Source: Camelus dromedarius
Lineage: Eukaryota
Reading direction: 5' to 3'
Length of the DNA stretch: 64,000 nt
NCBI RefSeq assembly: GCF_036321535.1
Contig: NC_087436.1
Coordinates: forward strand, 81,966,001 to 82,030,000
Shown: one piece after another, positions 52,153 to 63,542 of the stretch
Layout: each line of letters starts with the position of its first letter
Position numbering within the stretch: the stretch's first letter is position 1
Notes under the pieces: model-generated
Told to the model about the DNA's origin: nothing
The model's input: the letters and a program-made list of their open reading frames with translations, nothing else
The model's database searches: none
Made by a program: the position numbers and the translations under genes

Positions 52153-54997
52153 TTACATTTTTTTTATTGAGTAATAGTCATTTTACAATGTTGTGTCAAA
52201 TTCCAGTGTAGAGCACAATTTTTCAGTTATACATGAACATACATATATTCATTGTCACATTGTTTTTTTCGCTGTGAGCTACCACAAGATCTTGTGTATA
52301 TTTCCCTGTGCTATACAGTATAATCTTGTTTATCTATTCTACATTTTGAAATCCCAGTCTGTCCCTTCCCACCCTCAGCCCCCTTGGCAACCACAAGTTT
52401 GTATTCTATGTCTGTGAGTCTGTTTCTGTTTTGTATTTATGTTTTATTTTGTTTTTTTAGATTCCACATATCAGCGATCTCATATGGTATTTTTCTTTCT
52501 CTTTCTGGCTTACTTCACTTAGAATGACATTCTCCAGGAACATCCATGTTGCTGCAAATGGTGTTATGTTGTTGGTTTTTATGGCTGAGTAGTATTCCAT
52601 CGTATAAATATACCACATCTTCTTTATCCAGTCATCTGTTGATGGACATTTAGGCTGTTTCCATGTCTTGGCTATTGTAAATAGTGCTGCTATGAACATT
52701 GAGGTGCAGGTGTCATTTTGAAGTAGGGTTCCTTCTGGATATATGCCCAGGAGCAGGATTCCTGGGTCATATGGTAAGTCTATTCCTAGTCTTTTGAGGA
52801 ATCTCCATACTGTTTTCCACAGTGGCTTTCTTTGCTTCCCTCTCCCACTCTTAATGATTTAGATGTCTTCTTTTACAATTTTGTGTTTATTCTATTTGTA
52901 ATTCATGGCAGTTATCTCCTTTCCAGTTATGAGTTTCTCATTTTTGTAGCATCCTGCTTCTTTTGTATTTAGAGTAGACCTGCCAGTATTTCTTTTAGCA
53001 TGGGTTTAGTGTTGCTAAACTCTTTTAGTTTTTGCTTGTCTGTAAAGTTCTTTATCTCTCCTTCTATTCTAAAGGATAGCCTTGCTGGATAGAGTATCCT
53101 AGGCTGCATCTTGTTTTCATTCAGGGCTTTGAATGTATCTTGCCAGTCCCTTCTGGCCTATAGAGTTTGTGTAGAGAAATCAGCTGAGAGCCTTATGGGG
53201 GTTCCCTTGTAACTCACTCTCTGTTTTTCTCTTGCTGCCTTTAGGATCATTTCTTTATCCTTGACTCTGGCCATCTTGATTATGATATGTTGGTGTGGAT
53301 CTGTCTAGGTTCTTCCTGTTGGGACCCTCTGAGCCTCCTGTACTTGGATATCTGATTCCTTCTTTAGGTTTGGGAAGTTTTCAATCATGATTTCTTCCAA
53401 TACCTTTTCAATCCCCTTTGTTCTTTCTTCCCCTTCTGGAACCCCTATTATGCGTAGATTGGCACGCTTTATATTATCCCATAGGTCCCTTATACTGTTT
53501 TCATTGTTTTTATTTGTTTTTCTCTCAGCTGTTCTGATTGGGTGCTTTCTGTTGTCCTGTCTTCTAGGTCACTTATTCGTTCCTCTGCATTATCTAGTCT
53601 GCTTTGCACAGCCTTTAGGTCAGCTCTCATCTCAACAAATGAGTTTACTAATTCTACTTCGTTCTTTATAGCTTCTATTTCATTTTTGACATATTTTATA
53701 TCTCTAAACACTATTTCTTTTAGTTCCTTCAGTACTTTGATCAGTCCTTTTTTGAAATCTTGATTTAGTAGGCCATCAATGTCCATTTCCTTGATCGTGC
53801 TTTCAGGGGATTTCTCTTGATCTTTTCATTGGAGGTGGTTCCTCTGCTTCTTCATATTGCTAATATCTTTCTGTCACTGTGGCCGGTGGGCAGTTGGGTC
53901 ACTCTCCTCCCCTCCCAATGCTGCACTTAGATGCTGCGCTTGGGCGAGGCAGGTGGGTGGATCACGCCCCCTCCCAGCACCGTGGTCAGGTGTTGTGTTC
54001 CTGCCAGGAAGGCAGGTGGCCACCCTGCCCTCTCCCGGCACCAGTTGCCCTGCTGCTCTGTGCAGCTGCCTGCTCCACCTTGGGTAGGCATTCCGTAGGC
54101 AGGCTCCAGGAAGACCATGGAACGGCCCCACCCCTGCTCTGTGCCAAATCTCAGCTCCTTGTTTGTCTTGGCAGCGCGAGTTCTCTGAGGTGCCAGGGCA
54201 GAAAGATCCTATCTGCCTCAGGCTGTAAACAAGTCTCAGTCCTGCCTAGGAGGTTGCGGAGCCCCTGGGTGAGGATTCAGGTCTCGGCCCCACCCCCGCC
54301 CGGGCTCTGCGCGCAGGAGGAGATGGTGGCTGTGGCTGCACCCTGCCTCTCTTCTCACGCGATGTGCCAGTAATGGCGCCATGGGTCTGAGGAGCCAAAG
54401 GCTACGGCGCCCCTCCCTGCAGGGCACACCAGCCTTGTTTCTTTGCTTTTTTCACGATGTATGGGGACCGAGGTTGTTCTGCTCCGTATCCCCTCCCAGC
54501 CACGGTGCACAGAACCCTGCAGTCCCCCAGGGCTGCCTTAGTGCAGCCGCCTCAGTCCTCCATCAGTGCAGGCGGCCTGTCCCAGCCCCAGCTGCCGCCT
54601 CGCATCTCAGGCTGGGTGTCGTGGGGACCCTTTGTGCCCATTTAACTTAGTTCTGTTGGTCAAGGGGTGCTCGGGGCAGATTTTAGCCTCGGAGGCTCCC
54701 CCTCCATCCCGTTGGCCTCTCAGTTGGAGAGGGTAGACCCAGCAAACGAGCGCTGTTCCTCCTTTGCCACTCCCTCCCTGCGGGACCGGTCCCGCACTGT
54801 TTTATTTTTTCTTATTTCTTTTTTCCTTTTCTTCTACCAGATTTTTGGCATCTTTGTCCTTCGAAGAGGGTGGTGTTCTGTTGGAGTTCAGCAGGTGCTC
54901 TGGTTGGTTGAGTGGGTCCATAGATGTGAGTTTTGGTGTATTTGTGGGAGAGGGTGAACTACAAGCGTCCCTCTACTCCACCATCTTGCCTCTCCTC
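52153..54997 (-). mobile_element. Young internally deleted L1 (5'UTR + ORF1 + ORF2 C-terminus + 3'UTR; EN/RT absent)
   Basis: Perfect TSD ctcaacctcattttt at 52138-52152 and 54998-55012; 5' end gaggcaagatggtggag; GC/CpG-rich 5'UTR at 53856-54997. Confidence 0.93.
52969..53855 (-). pseudogene. L1 ORF1p, full length but disabled
   Basis: MKKQRNH...AEERISDLEDR...DLWDNIKRANLRIIGVPEGEE...ILKAAREK...YPARLSF...GLL*; nonsense codon at codon 10 and near 53159, plus a few 1-nt frameshifts. Confidence 0.9.
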
Positions 54998-56147
54998 CTC
55001 AACCTCATTTTTAAGAGTAAGAGTCAGTTGGTCTGTCCTCACAATTATTGCCTCTCTCATTTTATTCTGAGTCAGGTGAGAAGTGAAGTTCTCTCCAGTG
55101 TTTAATGTTATACTAATGCAGTGAAAGAACATGGTTTTGTAATTTGAAGTCTTAGTTGTTGAAAGATATTAGAGACATTGAGAGAACACTTTTTTGATTC
55201 AGGTAAGACCATTAGTGTTAGTGATGCTCTTGTCAAATCCTGTAGCCCAGGCTCATCTTTCCAGCCTCAGCTCCTGTTGCATTTACACTCAGTTCTGTGA
55301 ATGTTTACAGTTACTTCATGTGATTGATTTTTTCACAACCAGGCTTTGCCCCAGCCATTACACTTCCTGAGTATCTCACACAATGTGGGGCATTACTCTT
55401 GCCTGCATAGTAGCTGCATCATCAAAATCCTTATATCAGTCAATTGACATAATTAAAGCTACACTTGTGCAGACGATAGCGAGAAGTCTCTCCTACTTTT
55501 TCCAGGATAGTAGTTGCCTTCTGTTATCAGCAGTTTCCATAGATAGAGCAGGTACTAGCTAGACACATAACTCTTCTTAGAAACTGATATCACTTGTTTG
55601 ATAAAATCCCACAGACCCTTAGGATTTCATTTACATGGAGAAAACTATCAAATGCCAGAGACTGTGGCACTGAGTACCATGGGTGGTAGAGAGGGGAGAA
55701 ATCACTGTTTCCACTGCAGTGCCCCCTGTAAAGCATTTCTGGAGCATCTCCCTTCATCTTTTCTCCATGTGCTCAGAAACCAATTTAAATGCAAAGTAAA
55801 AACAGGACTAAATACATTTTCATCAAGTAAACAGTACCATTTGACTTCAGAGAAGCAAAAGCAAACAATTTAAACTCCTTTATAAACTATAAGTAATTGA
55901 AAGGCAGGAGCCTTAAGAACTCTGAACAGTCAGTGAAGTGTTCCCTTAAAAGTTGGGTACAGGGACCTTGCTGTGGCCAGAATTTTCCTATGTTGCTTGT
56001 AGTTATCTGCCTACCTATTAATTCTATTGCCTTATTAATTGAAAGACTCTCAGTTTTGTAAAAATAGATGAAATTAGTTCTCTTACTTGATTAAATCAGT
56101 TCTGGGGGAAATTTTTTTAAAAAAATCAACTTCTGTCTTCTTGTCAG

Positions 56148-56296
56148 ATCCTCTTTTTCTGACAAATGAGGAGCTCGCCACACTCCCCATCGTCAAAGTG
56201 CTTCCCTCGGGTAAATACACTGGTGCTGAGTTGAAATCAGTCATTCGAATGTTACGGGGTTTACTAGATCAAGGAATTCCATCTAAGGAGCTGGAG
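56148..56296 (+). CDS. PTPN13: PTPN13 exon ~43, N-terminal extension of PTP domain (DPLFLTNEEL...PSKELE)
   Basis: tgtcag|AT...GAG|gtaagg; 149 nt, phase 1-0. Confidence 0.95.
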
Positions 56297-57009
56297 GTAA
56301 GGAGCTTCTGACAATGGTTCTTTCTCAAACAAAGTTTTGTGCAAAGTTGGGAGAAATTTTGAAAATTTTAAAAATGTCTATTACTTTACAACTTTACTTC
56401 CAACTATAAAAGCACCATCTTATTATTTCTAGCAGTAAATTAATTTTTCTAATTAGGATCCTAATAGTATGGATTTAAAGGGATCTCTCTAACTACTTTG
56501 GATAAATTGATAAATCTCCCTGCAGATTATCCTCATAATGTAAGGATAAAGAGTTTTTTTAAAAAATCAAGTAACAATTCCAACCATCCACTAACTTCAT
56601 AATTAATACACTATACATGTGATTCATCATTAGCAACAGTTTTTAATTTATTATAGCTCCAAGAATGTGCCCCCTAGTTGAAAGCAGCAATGGGTCAGAG
56701 GCCTTGCTCCTGTGGTCCTGCTGGCCCCATCCATTATATACCAAGAGGCCAAAGAGTAATGTAGCACCACTGTGGTTTGGGGGTCTACCTTGCCTGTCTC
56801 CCTCAAACCATCTGCTTACTTGTCTACTTCCTGAACTGTTTATAGCCACTGAAGTGAAAGGAACCAACTTCTAATGGGAACTTCTACAGTGTGCTGGATG
56901 CTTTGTATTTGATGCTTTCAGTATGTTAAATACCATTTTATAGATTTGGAGACAAGTTCATGATAGTTAAGCTATATTCTTCCTCTCCATTTTGCAGGAG
57001 AGACCTCTT

Positions 57010-57320
57010 CTTTTAAGGTCTGAAGTTTAAATGTCACTGTCTCGGAGACCTTGCATCACAACCCTTTACTAAGTAGATGTTTGTTTTTAATCACAGCAGC
57101 TTGTTAATTTCTTCAAAGCATATATCGCAATATTTGGTGGTTTACTTCTTTACTGCCTGTTTCTCCCAGTAGGCTGTAATCTCCAGGAGAGCCCAAATCA
57201 TGTCTTCTTTCTCACTGGTGTATTCCCAGCATTTATTACAGTGCCTTGCATATAGTAGGCACTTTCAATATATGTTTGTTGAGTTGGCTGGCTGGCTGGC
57301 TGGCTGGATTAATGAACAAG
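57010..57320 (+). mobile_element. L2 3' fragment
   Basis: cagtgccttgcatatagtaggcactttcaatatatgtttgttgag followed by a (tggc)n tail. Confidence 0.65.
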
Positions 57321-57593
57321 TGAAAAGTGAGAAAGTGTTGACTTTAGAGGCTTTGGACTATCTAACCACAACTCCACTACATGGAATATTCTGTGACCCC
57401 AGAAACAATATGGTCAGGAAATTCTGCTCCAGCTTATTACTTTAAGCCAAAGATTTTTTTATATATAAGTTCTGCTTTTTTTCTAACATGAAATTATAGA
57501 CATCTTTAAACTGAAATTTGAAATTAAGGTACAAAGTGCTGCCTCACAAAGTTAGTTGCTACAACATGTTATGTTAAAGATACTTGCAACAAT

Positions 57594-57744
57594 GGGGGGA
57601 GCAGGGTAGAGCCCAGTGGTAGAGTGCATGCCTAGCATGCGTCAACCCTCAGCACCTCCATTAAATAAATAAATAAACCTAATTACCTCCCCCCACAAAA
57701 ACAAACCAACAAACAAATTTTTTAAAAATTTGAAAAAATTTTTT
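57594..57744 (+). mobile_element. Vic-1-like SINE with internal deletion before/in the B box
   Basis: cagtggtagagtgcatgcctagcatgc|gtcaaccctcagcacctcc; TSD aagata(c/t)ttgcaaca. Confidence 0.82.
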
Positions 57745-57955
57745 AAGATATTTGCAACAGTATATTTCAACAACTGGTATATTGAATTAGTATTGGGATT
57801 TTAGGCTTATTTATCTTGACAGGACATATCTATTTAACATTCACAGTTTGCCCTGATCAATAGTTTTGCACCCTGCACATTTAAAGCATTTGCAATTATT
57901 ACTGAATTACTACTTATCTCAACAAATTTCGTTTTATTTCCATTTTTGCTTACAG

Positions 57956-58046
57956 AATCTTCAAGAATTAAAACCTTTGGATCAGTGTCTAATTGGACAG
58001 ACTAAGGAAAACAGAAGAAAGAACCGATATAAAAATATACTTCCCT
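57956..58046 (+). CDS. PTPN13: PTPN13 exon ~44, PTP pTyr loop (NLQELKPLDQ...KNRYKNILP)
   Basis: ttacag|AAT...CCCT|gtaagt; 91 nt, phase 0-1; KNRY motif. Confidence 0.96.
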
Positions 58047-59759
58047 GTAAGTTCTAATTTGGCTTCAAATCAAATGTATGTTCAATATAATTTAAAACTT
58101 ATGTGCTAGTTGACCTTTTATGTCTCTCACGTAAGTGTGCACTCACACACACCCCCACACTCAGAGATTTACATCAGTAACAAATAAATTTAGATATACA
58201 GTGTTAATTCTTCTAAAATTATCTGTGTTTTCTGAAAATTGATTAGAGGAATCTTAAGCATTTCTTCAGACATTCACGAATTTTTAAAGTCTTTTTAAAA
58301 ATATAAGTTGACTTCTGGGTAAGCAGTTTCTGAGTTCATGTGTCAGTGATAGTCTATTTATTCCACCATTTAAAGTTTAGAGAAATGTCTGTGGTACATA
58401 ATAGCTGTATACACGCATGTGGCCACAGTGGTACTATCAAATTGCATTGTACTTTGAATTGTTTCAGAACCAGAAGGAAAAAATAACAATTATTTTTACC
58501 CATATTTTACCCATTTCACCAATCAACATGTGATTTTTTTAAATATATATGAATATATGTATATAGCTAAAATAGTAACATCTAGCAACCTCTTATAATA
58601 ATCACCAGCCACATTTACACATATTAGCTATTAGATTACACCATATGACACACTGACCTTATCTTTGGAAGGAAGTCGTAAATTCAAAGATAGATAACAG
58701 GAACAATAGTGACAAATCATGCAGTAAATAATAATACAATTAAATTTTTTCAGTCAAGATAGAAGACACAAAATTCATTTTGGAAAACTTTCTTTTAAGA
58801 ATTGAATTTTAGACAGGATTTTTTTTAATGGAATGGGTCATGGTCTGACATAAAGTAGGTGGTAACTATATAGGCCAAAAAAAAAAAAGGGCAGACTAGT
58901 ATCTCAAGGCAGAATGGGATAAGCCATAAATCCAGAACTACTGAGTGCATTTGTTTCTGTGGACCAAGAGATAGAAGTCAAGTAATAGAACGGTAATTGA
59001 TGGAGGATTTTGAAATCTATTACTAAATGTCATAATTTGGTAATCACAGAAATTAAATTTATAAATATTTGAAATAGAAATGACTTCTAATAAGTACATA
59101 CAAATTAATCCTCTTGGATAAAATGGTTTATATATACTTTTCACTGGGGCAGTCTGGTTTGAAAATTTATATTTTGACTATATAAAATTACAATGCCTGG
59201 AGAATAAAGTGAGCTACCTTTTTATTTATTGTGTTAATTATTTTGGCTACTTATTTAAAACAATATAATTTAATTAGATAAGCAAGACTTACTTGTGCCA
59301 ATTACATTTATAATAAGTACTTTAGTAGTTTCACTATAATACTAATTTTTCTTTCATGAATAATTTTTGGCATTGTCATTCTTACTAAATTCACTGTTGT
59401 TGTCATTATTAAAATAACAATGGAGAAGTAGCCAAGTTGTGTTTCTCTATTAAGAAGTTCTAAATGCTTTTATTAATTTATTAATTTTAATTTCTTCAAC
59501 CAAATCTATGTGAACAGTACTGAATCTTCTCAGGAACTCACTGAGTTGACATCTTAAATATACTTGTAACATGAGGGAAATGAGCAAATGTAAAATATTT
59601 GACTGTACTATAATTTGAAAATACGCCTTTATTAAAATGTTTGTGATTTCATCTGTGATTATGAGGAAATCTCATAATCTTCGACTCACCTTGTTTATAA
59701 GGCTCTTGTTTAAAAATGCATGATATGGATGGCTCTGTTTTGTGGTGGGAAATTCACAG

Positions 59760-60097
59760 ACGATGCTACAAGAGTGCCTCTTGGAGATGAAGGTGGCTAT
59801 ATCAACGCCAGCTTCATTAAGGTACCAGTGGGCAAAGAAGAGTTCGTTTACATTGCCTGCCAAGGACCTCTCCCAACAACCGTTGGAGATTTCTGGCAGA
59901 TGATTTGGGAACAAAAATCCACAGTGATAGCCATGATGACCCAAGAAGTAGAAGGAGAAAAAATCAAATGCCAGCGCTACTGGCCTAACATCCTAGGCAG
60001 AACGACCATGGTCAGTGACAGGCTCCGACTGGCTCTCGTGAGAATGCAGCAGCTGAAGGGCTTCGTAGTAAGAGCAATGACCCTCGAAGATATTCAG
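59760..60097 (+). CDS. PTPN13: PTPN13 exon ~45, PTP core (YINAS, IACQGP, DFWQMIW, KCQRYWP)
   Basis: tcacag|AC...CAG|gtacgt; 338 nt, phase 1-0. Confidence 0.97.
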
Positions 60098-60877
60098 GTA
60101 CGTGCACCACATCCTTCCATGATTGCATCAGTTTATTTCTAAGTAAAAGCCAATGACTTCCTGGTTCCCATTTCAGTGGAACGAATGCCACCTATTTTTA
60201 ATCTAATATAAGCTCAGATATGACCCTCTTGATGAATCCGGCCAAACAGTTTCCTCCAGTATGTACTGTATTAAAATGAAAATGAGAATACAGGACTTTA
60301 ATAGGATCAGCCATCATCCTGTGCTTAATGATGGCACAGAATGGCTCAGAAGCCATCTGCTGGAAACTCACTTTTTAAGGTCAAATCTCTAAGTAGACTC
60401 AATAAACTTTTATTTTTTTAATTCTAAGTGGGAAATATCCCCCCATAAAGACAACATAAGTTGTTAATACGTGGACAATTGTAGCATAAATGTTTGTTGC
60501 AATTCCTATTGCAGCCCCTAAGCACTGAGTACATGTAGCCTGAATTAGATGAGAGGGTGAAGCTGCTGCCGTCTCCGCATCTCCACACCCCTCACCTTAC
60601 TTCCTCCCCCGCCCAGTAACACTAGCTCTGTGTGAGTAACGTGTTCCCTATTGGAGTTTTAGCTTTCTTAAAGAAACAGAATAATTTTACTTACATAGAA
60701 ACAAAGCATTCTGACTCAGTTTTACTGGTGGCATGTCAACATAGCCTGAGAATTTCCTTTATCATTTTTGATTTGTGATTTTACAAAGAACTAAAGATTA
60801 CATCTCGTCATTCCTTTATACCAGCCTACCCGTTGCCGATGCCAGCACAGTGGTTCAGTATTCCTTAAAGGATTTGT

Positions 60878-61260
60878 TTATTTAATCAACACATGTTTAT
60901 AGAGCTTAGGCCTTATTATGGAATCGAGGGGTTCAGCAGTTAACGACACAAACAAAAGGAAATCCCTGACCTCAGAGAGCTTACTTCCTAATGAGAAGAT
61001 ACTGCTGTTGATGATGCTGTGGAAGAACCACGAAGGACTTGAGTGAGCCACAGGGATATCTGAGGGGGAGGGGAGCATTTCAGTCCAAAAGAGCAAGTGC
61101 AAAGGCCCTGAGACTGAACTGTGCCCCGTATTTTTCAAGGTCCCTACAGCTGGAGTGACATGGCCAGGACGAAGACAGTAGGTCTGAGAGGTAGCCTGGC
61201 CACATCGTGTGTGGCTTACAAGCCACTGCAATGATTGGGGCTTTTATCTGAGGTGAATTT
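60878..61260 (-). mobile_element. L2 fragment
   Basis: tttaatcaacacatgtttat...aatccctgacctcagagagcttac...agcaagtgcaaaggccctgag. Confidence 0.68.
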
Positions 61261-61532
61261 GAAATGGGATCATTACAAAAAGGTGGTTGTTCATATCAAA
61301 CTGTAGTTTGTTTTTAGAGTTTCCAAAAAGTAGTTTTTACCAATATTTAAAGTGTGGACCTAGCAGCCTCCTTGATAAAGGCCCTCTGTGTGCTGTTTGA
61401 TGGAGTCTTCTTGTCTCTTCTACTTGTCCAATGGACAAGTCAGAATTTAAAAGGATAAAATAATATTAAGAGGCAGTTATATGTGGACAACATAATATGC
61501 CTTTATCTACTTGTTCTGTCACATAATTTCAG

Positions 61533-61748
61533 ACAGGAGAGGTGCGACATATTTCTCATCTGAACTTCACTGCCTGGCCAGACCACGATACACCTTCTCA
61601 GCCAGACGACCTGCTCACTTTTATCTCTTACATGAGACACATTCACAGATCGGGCCCCATCATCACACACTGCAGCGCTGGCATTGGACGTTCCGGGACC
61701 CTGATATGCATAGATGTGGTTCTAGGATTAATCAGTCAAGATCTTGAA
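61533..61748 (+). CDS. PTPN13: PTPN13 exon ~46, WPD loop and catalytic HCSAGIGRSG
   Basis: tttcag|ACA...GAA|gtgagt; 216 nt, phase 0-0. Confidence 0.97.
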
Positions 61749-62751
61749 GTGAGTACAAGTTATAGGCTAAACAAGTATTTGACTAGAAATAACATGGAGT
61801 CCAATTTTTTAATAATGCGTTGTGATCTCAGAATTTATTTTATTTATAAAGTATGTATAAATGACTTAATTTTCCTACTACATAAAATTGTTTTTTAGAA
61901 AACATTCAAAACCACATACGCCATCATGAAGAAGAAGTAATACCTCAAACATATGTATTTTACTGGGTTTTATTAACCATGTGCTCAAAGCCCCTTATGC
62001 AGTATTGCATTTTACTCTATATAGTCTTTAGGCTTGTGTAAGATAGTCATTGTTGTTTAGGGATAGAAATATTGAAGCACAAAAGAAAATATTTTTGAAA
62101 TGGAAAAGCTTATATTCTTGTTATTATTTCCTATAGTTGGGAAATATATTTCTGTTATACAAATTGATAAATTGACAAATCTTACTTAAAACCTAAATCA
62201 ATATAAATCATACTTAAAATGTTAGAATATCTTACTGTACATAATATGTAATTAAAATCATTGTCTCTTGAAGAATTTGTTTAAAAAAAAACAGTGCTAT
62301 CTTGCTCTTCACATTCATATCTCCCATGATCATTTAAGTAAGACAAAATGAAACAGTCTGTTGTTCTCAAACTGTTAAATATCAGTGAAAATGAAAAGAT
62401 TAGGAATTTTATTCTGAATAGCAAAATGTAGGGAAAATAATTTGCCTTGTGTTTTTTTTTTTTTTAATGAAGATATTAGAAAATAGTCAAATTTCAGAGA
62501 GAAGAGAATTTCTTTTGGGGATTTTCCAACAGAATAGCCTTCATAGTTCTTAGAGAAATCATAAATAAAATTATCAAATGTTAGCAAAGTCAGCTCACCA
62601 ACTTACTGTGAACAGAACAGTTTCCCAGGACTGCTAGAAGGGGAAGGAGATTGAGGTGCAGAAATCCTTATAAGCCACTCCTTGGTCACTCTTTGGGGGT
62701 CAAATTCAGTTACCCTTTTTATATAACATCAGATTCTGTGTCCTTTGGCAG

Positions 62752-62814
62752 TTTGACATCTCTGATTTAGTGCGCTGCATGAGACTACAAAGACATGGAA
62801 TGGTTCAGACAGAG
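62752..62814 (+). CDS. PTPN13: PTPN13 exon ~47, Q-loop (FDISDLVRCMRLQRHGMVQTE)
   Basis: tggcag|TTT...GAG|gtgagt; 63 nt, phase 0-0; terminal exon not in window. Confidence 0.95.
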
Positions 62815-63542
62815 GTGAGTGTTGGCTATTTACTTCTATTGAATTGGGTTTTTGTGAAAGTATTTCTAGGCTTTTTTTTTTTTTAATGTTGCCTTATAGT
62901 TTAAAAAATGAGGAAATTCAAAATCCACAATGAATAGATTACAGAGAATTGGGGCAAAAATTTGGAGTAGTACAAAATAACACGTAATTAGTGGCACTCC
63001 TTCCCCATTTCCAACATAAAAAAGAAATAGAAGGCAAAATTTTTGCTCCAGAAACTTCCTGAGAGAGAGTAGAATCAGCAGCATTGACCAGAAGGCAGGA
63101 AGGGAGGCTGGAGTTGCTTAGCTTGGAGAAGGCACCCTTGGGGAAGAATGAATGGGTGCGTTCATTTACCCTGTTTTGATCATTTTCATTTCTCTGACCT
63201 GAAGTCAAAACATGAGTTATATCAGCCACCAACCTACAGACATGGGTCCTTCACAGGGACTGCATTACTTACAGTGTCTGTCTGCTCTGCGTAGTTTCAC
63301 TACCCTTTCTGTGATGTGTTGGGGGAAGAATGTGGAAGAAGCTCTTTTCATATATCTACAAATTCATATTTCTCTATCTCTTGAAGAATATGGAAGTTTA
63401 CTGTCATCAAAATTAGAATGTGCCTTCTTTCCCTTCATATATATATATATATGTGTGTCCTAAATATTAAGCTGATTGACAGTCACATTTTGTAAGTAAA
63501 GAAAACATTGATTTGTGTCAGCAGTTTTTTAGACTTGGGAAG

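Larger units (their letters stand above)
809..62814 (+). other. PTPN13: PTPN13 gene body (partial; 32 coding exons, FERM C-terminal part, PDZ1-5, PTP domain)
   Basis: Exon translations match the recalled PTPN13 protein colinearly. All splice phases are compatible. The summed CDS of 5052 nt has no stop. Confidence 0.98.

Noticed and set aside
53874..54427. Overlapping GC-rich ORFs on both strands and a CpG-island-like patch as a novel gene or host promoter
   Set aside because: Explained by the GC-rich L1 5'UTR with few stop codons. Only the Kozak/splice-linked ORF at 54381 was kept as a hypothesis.
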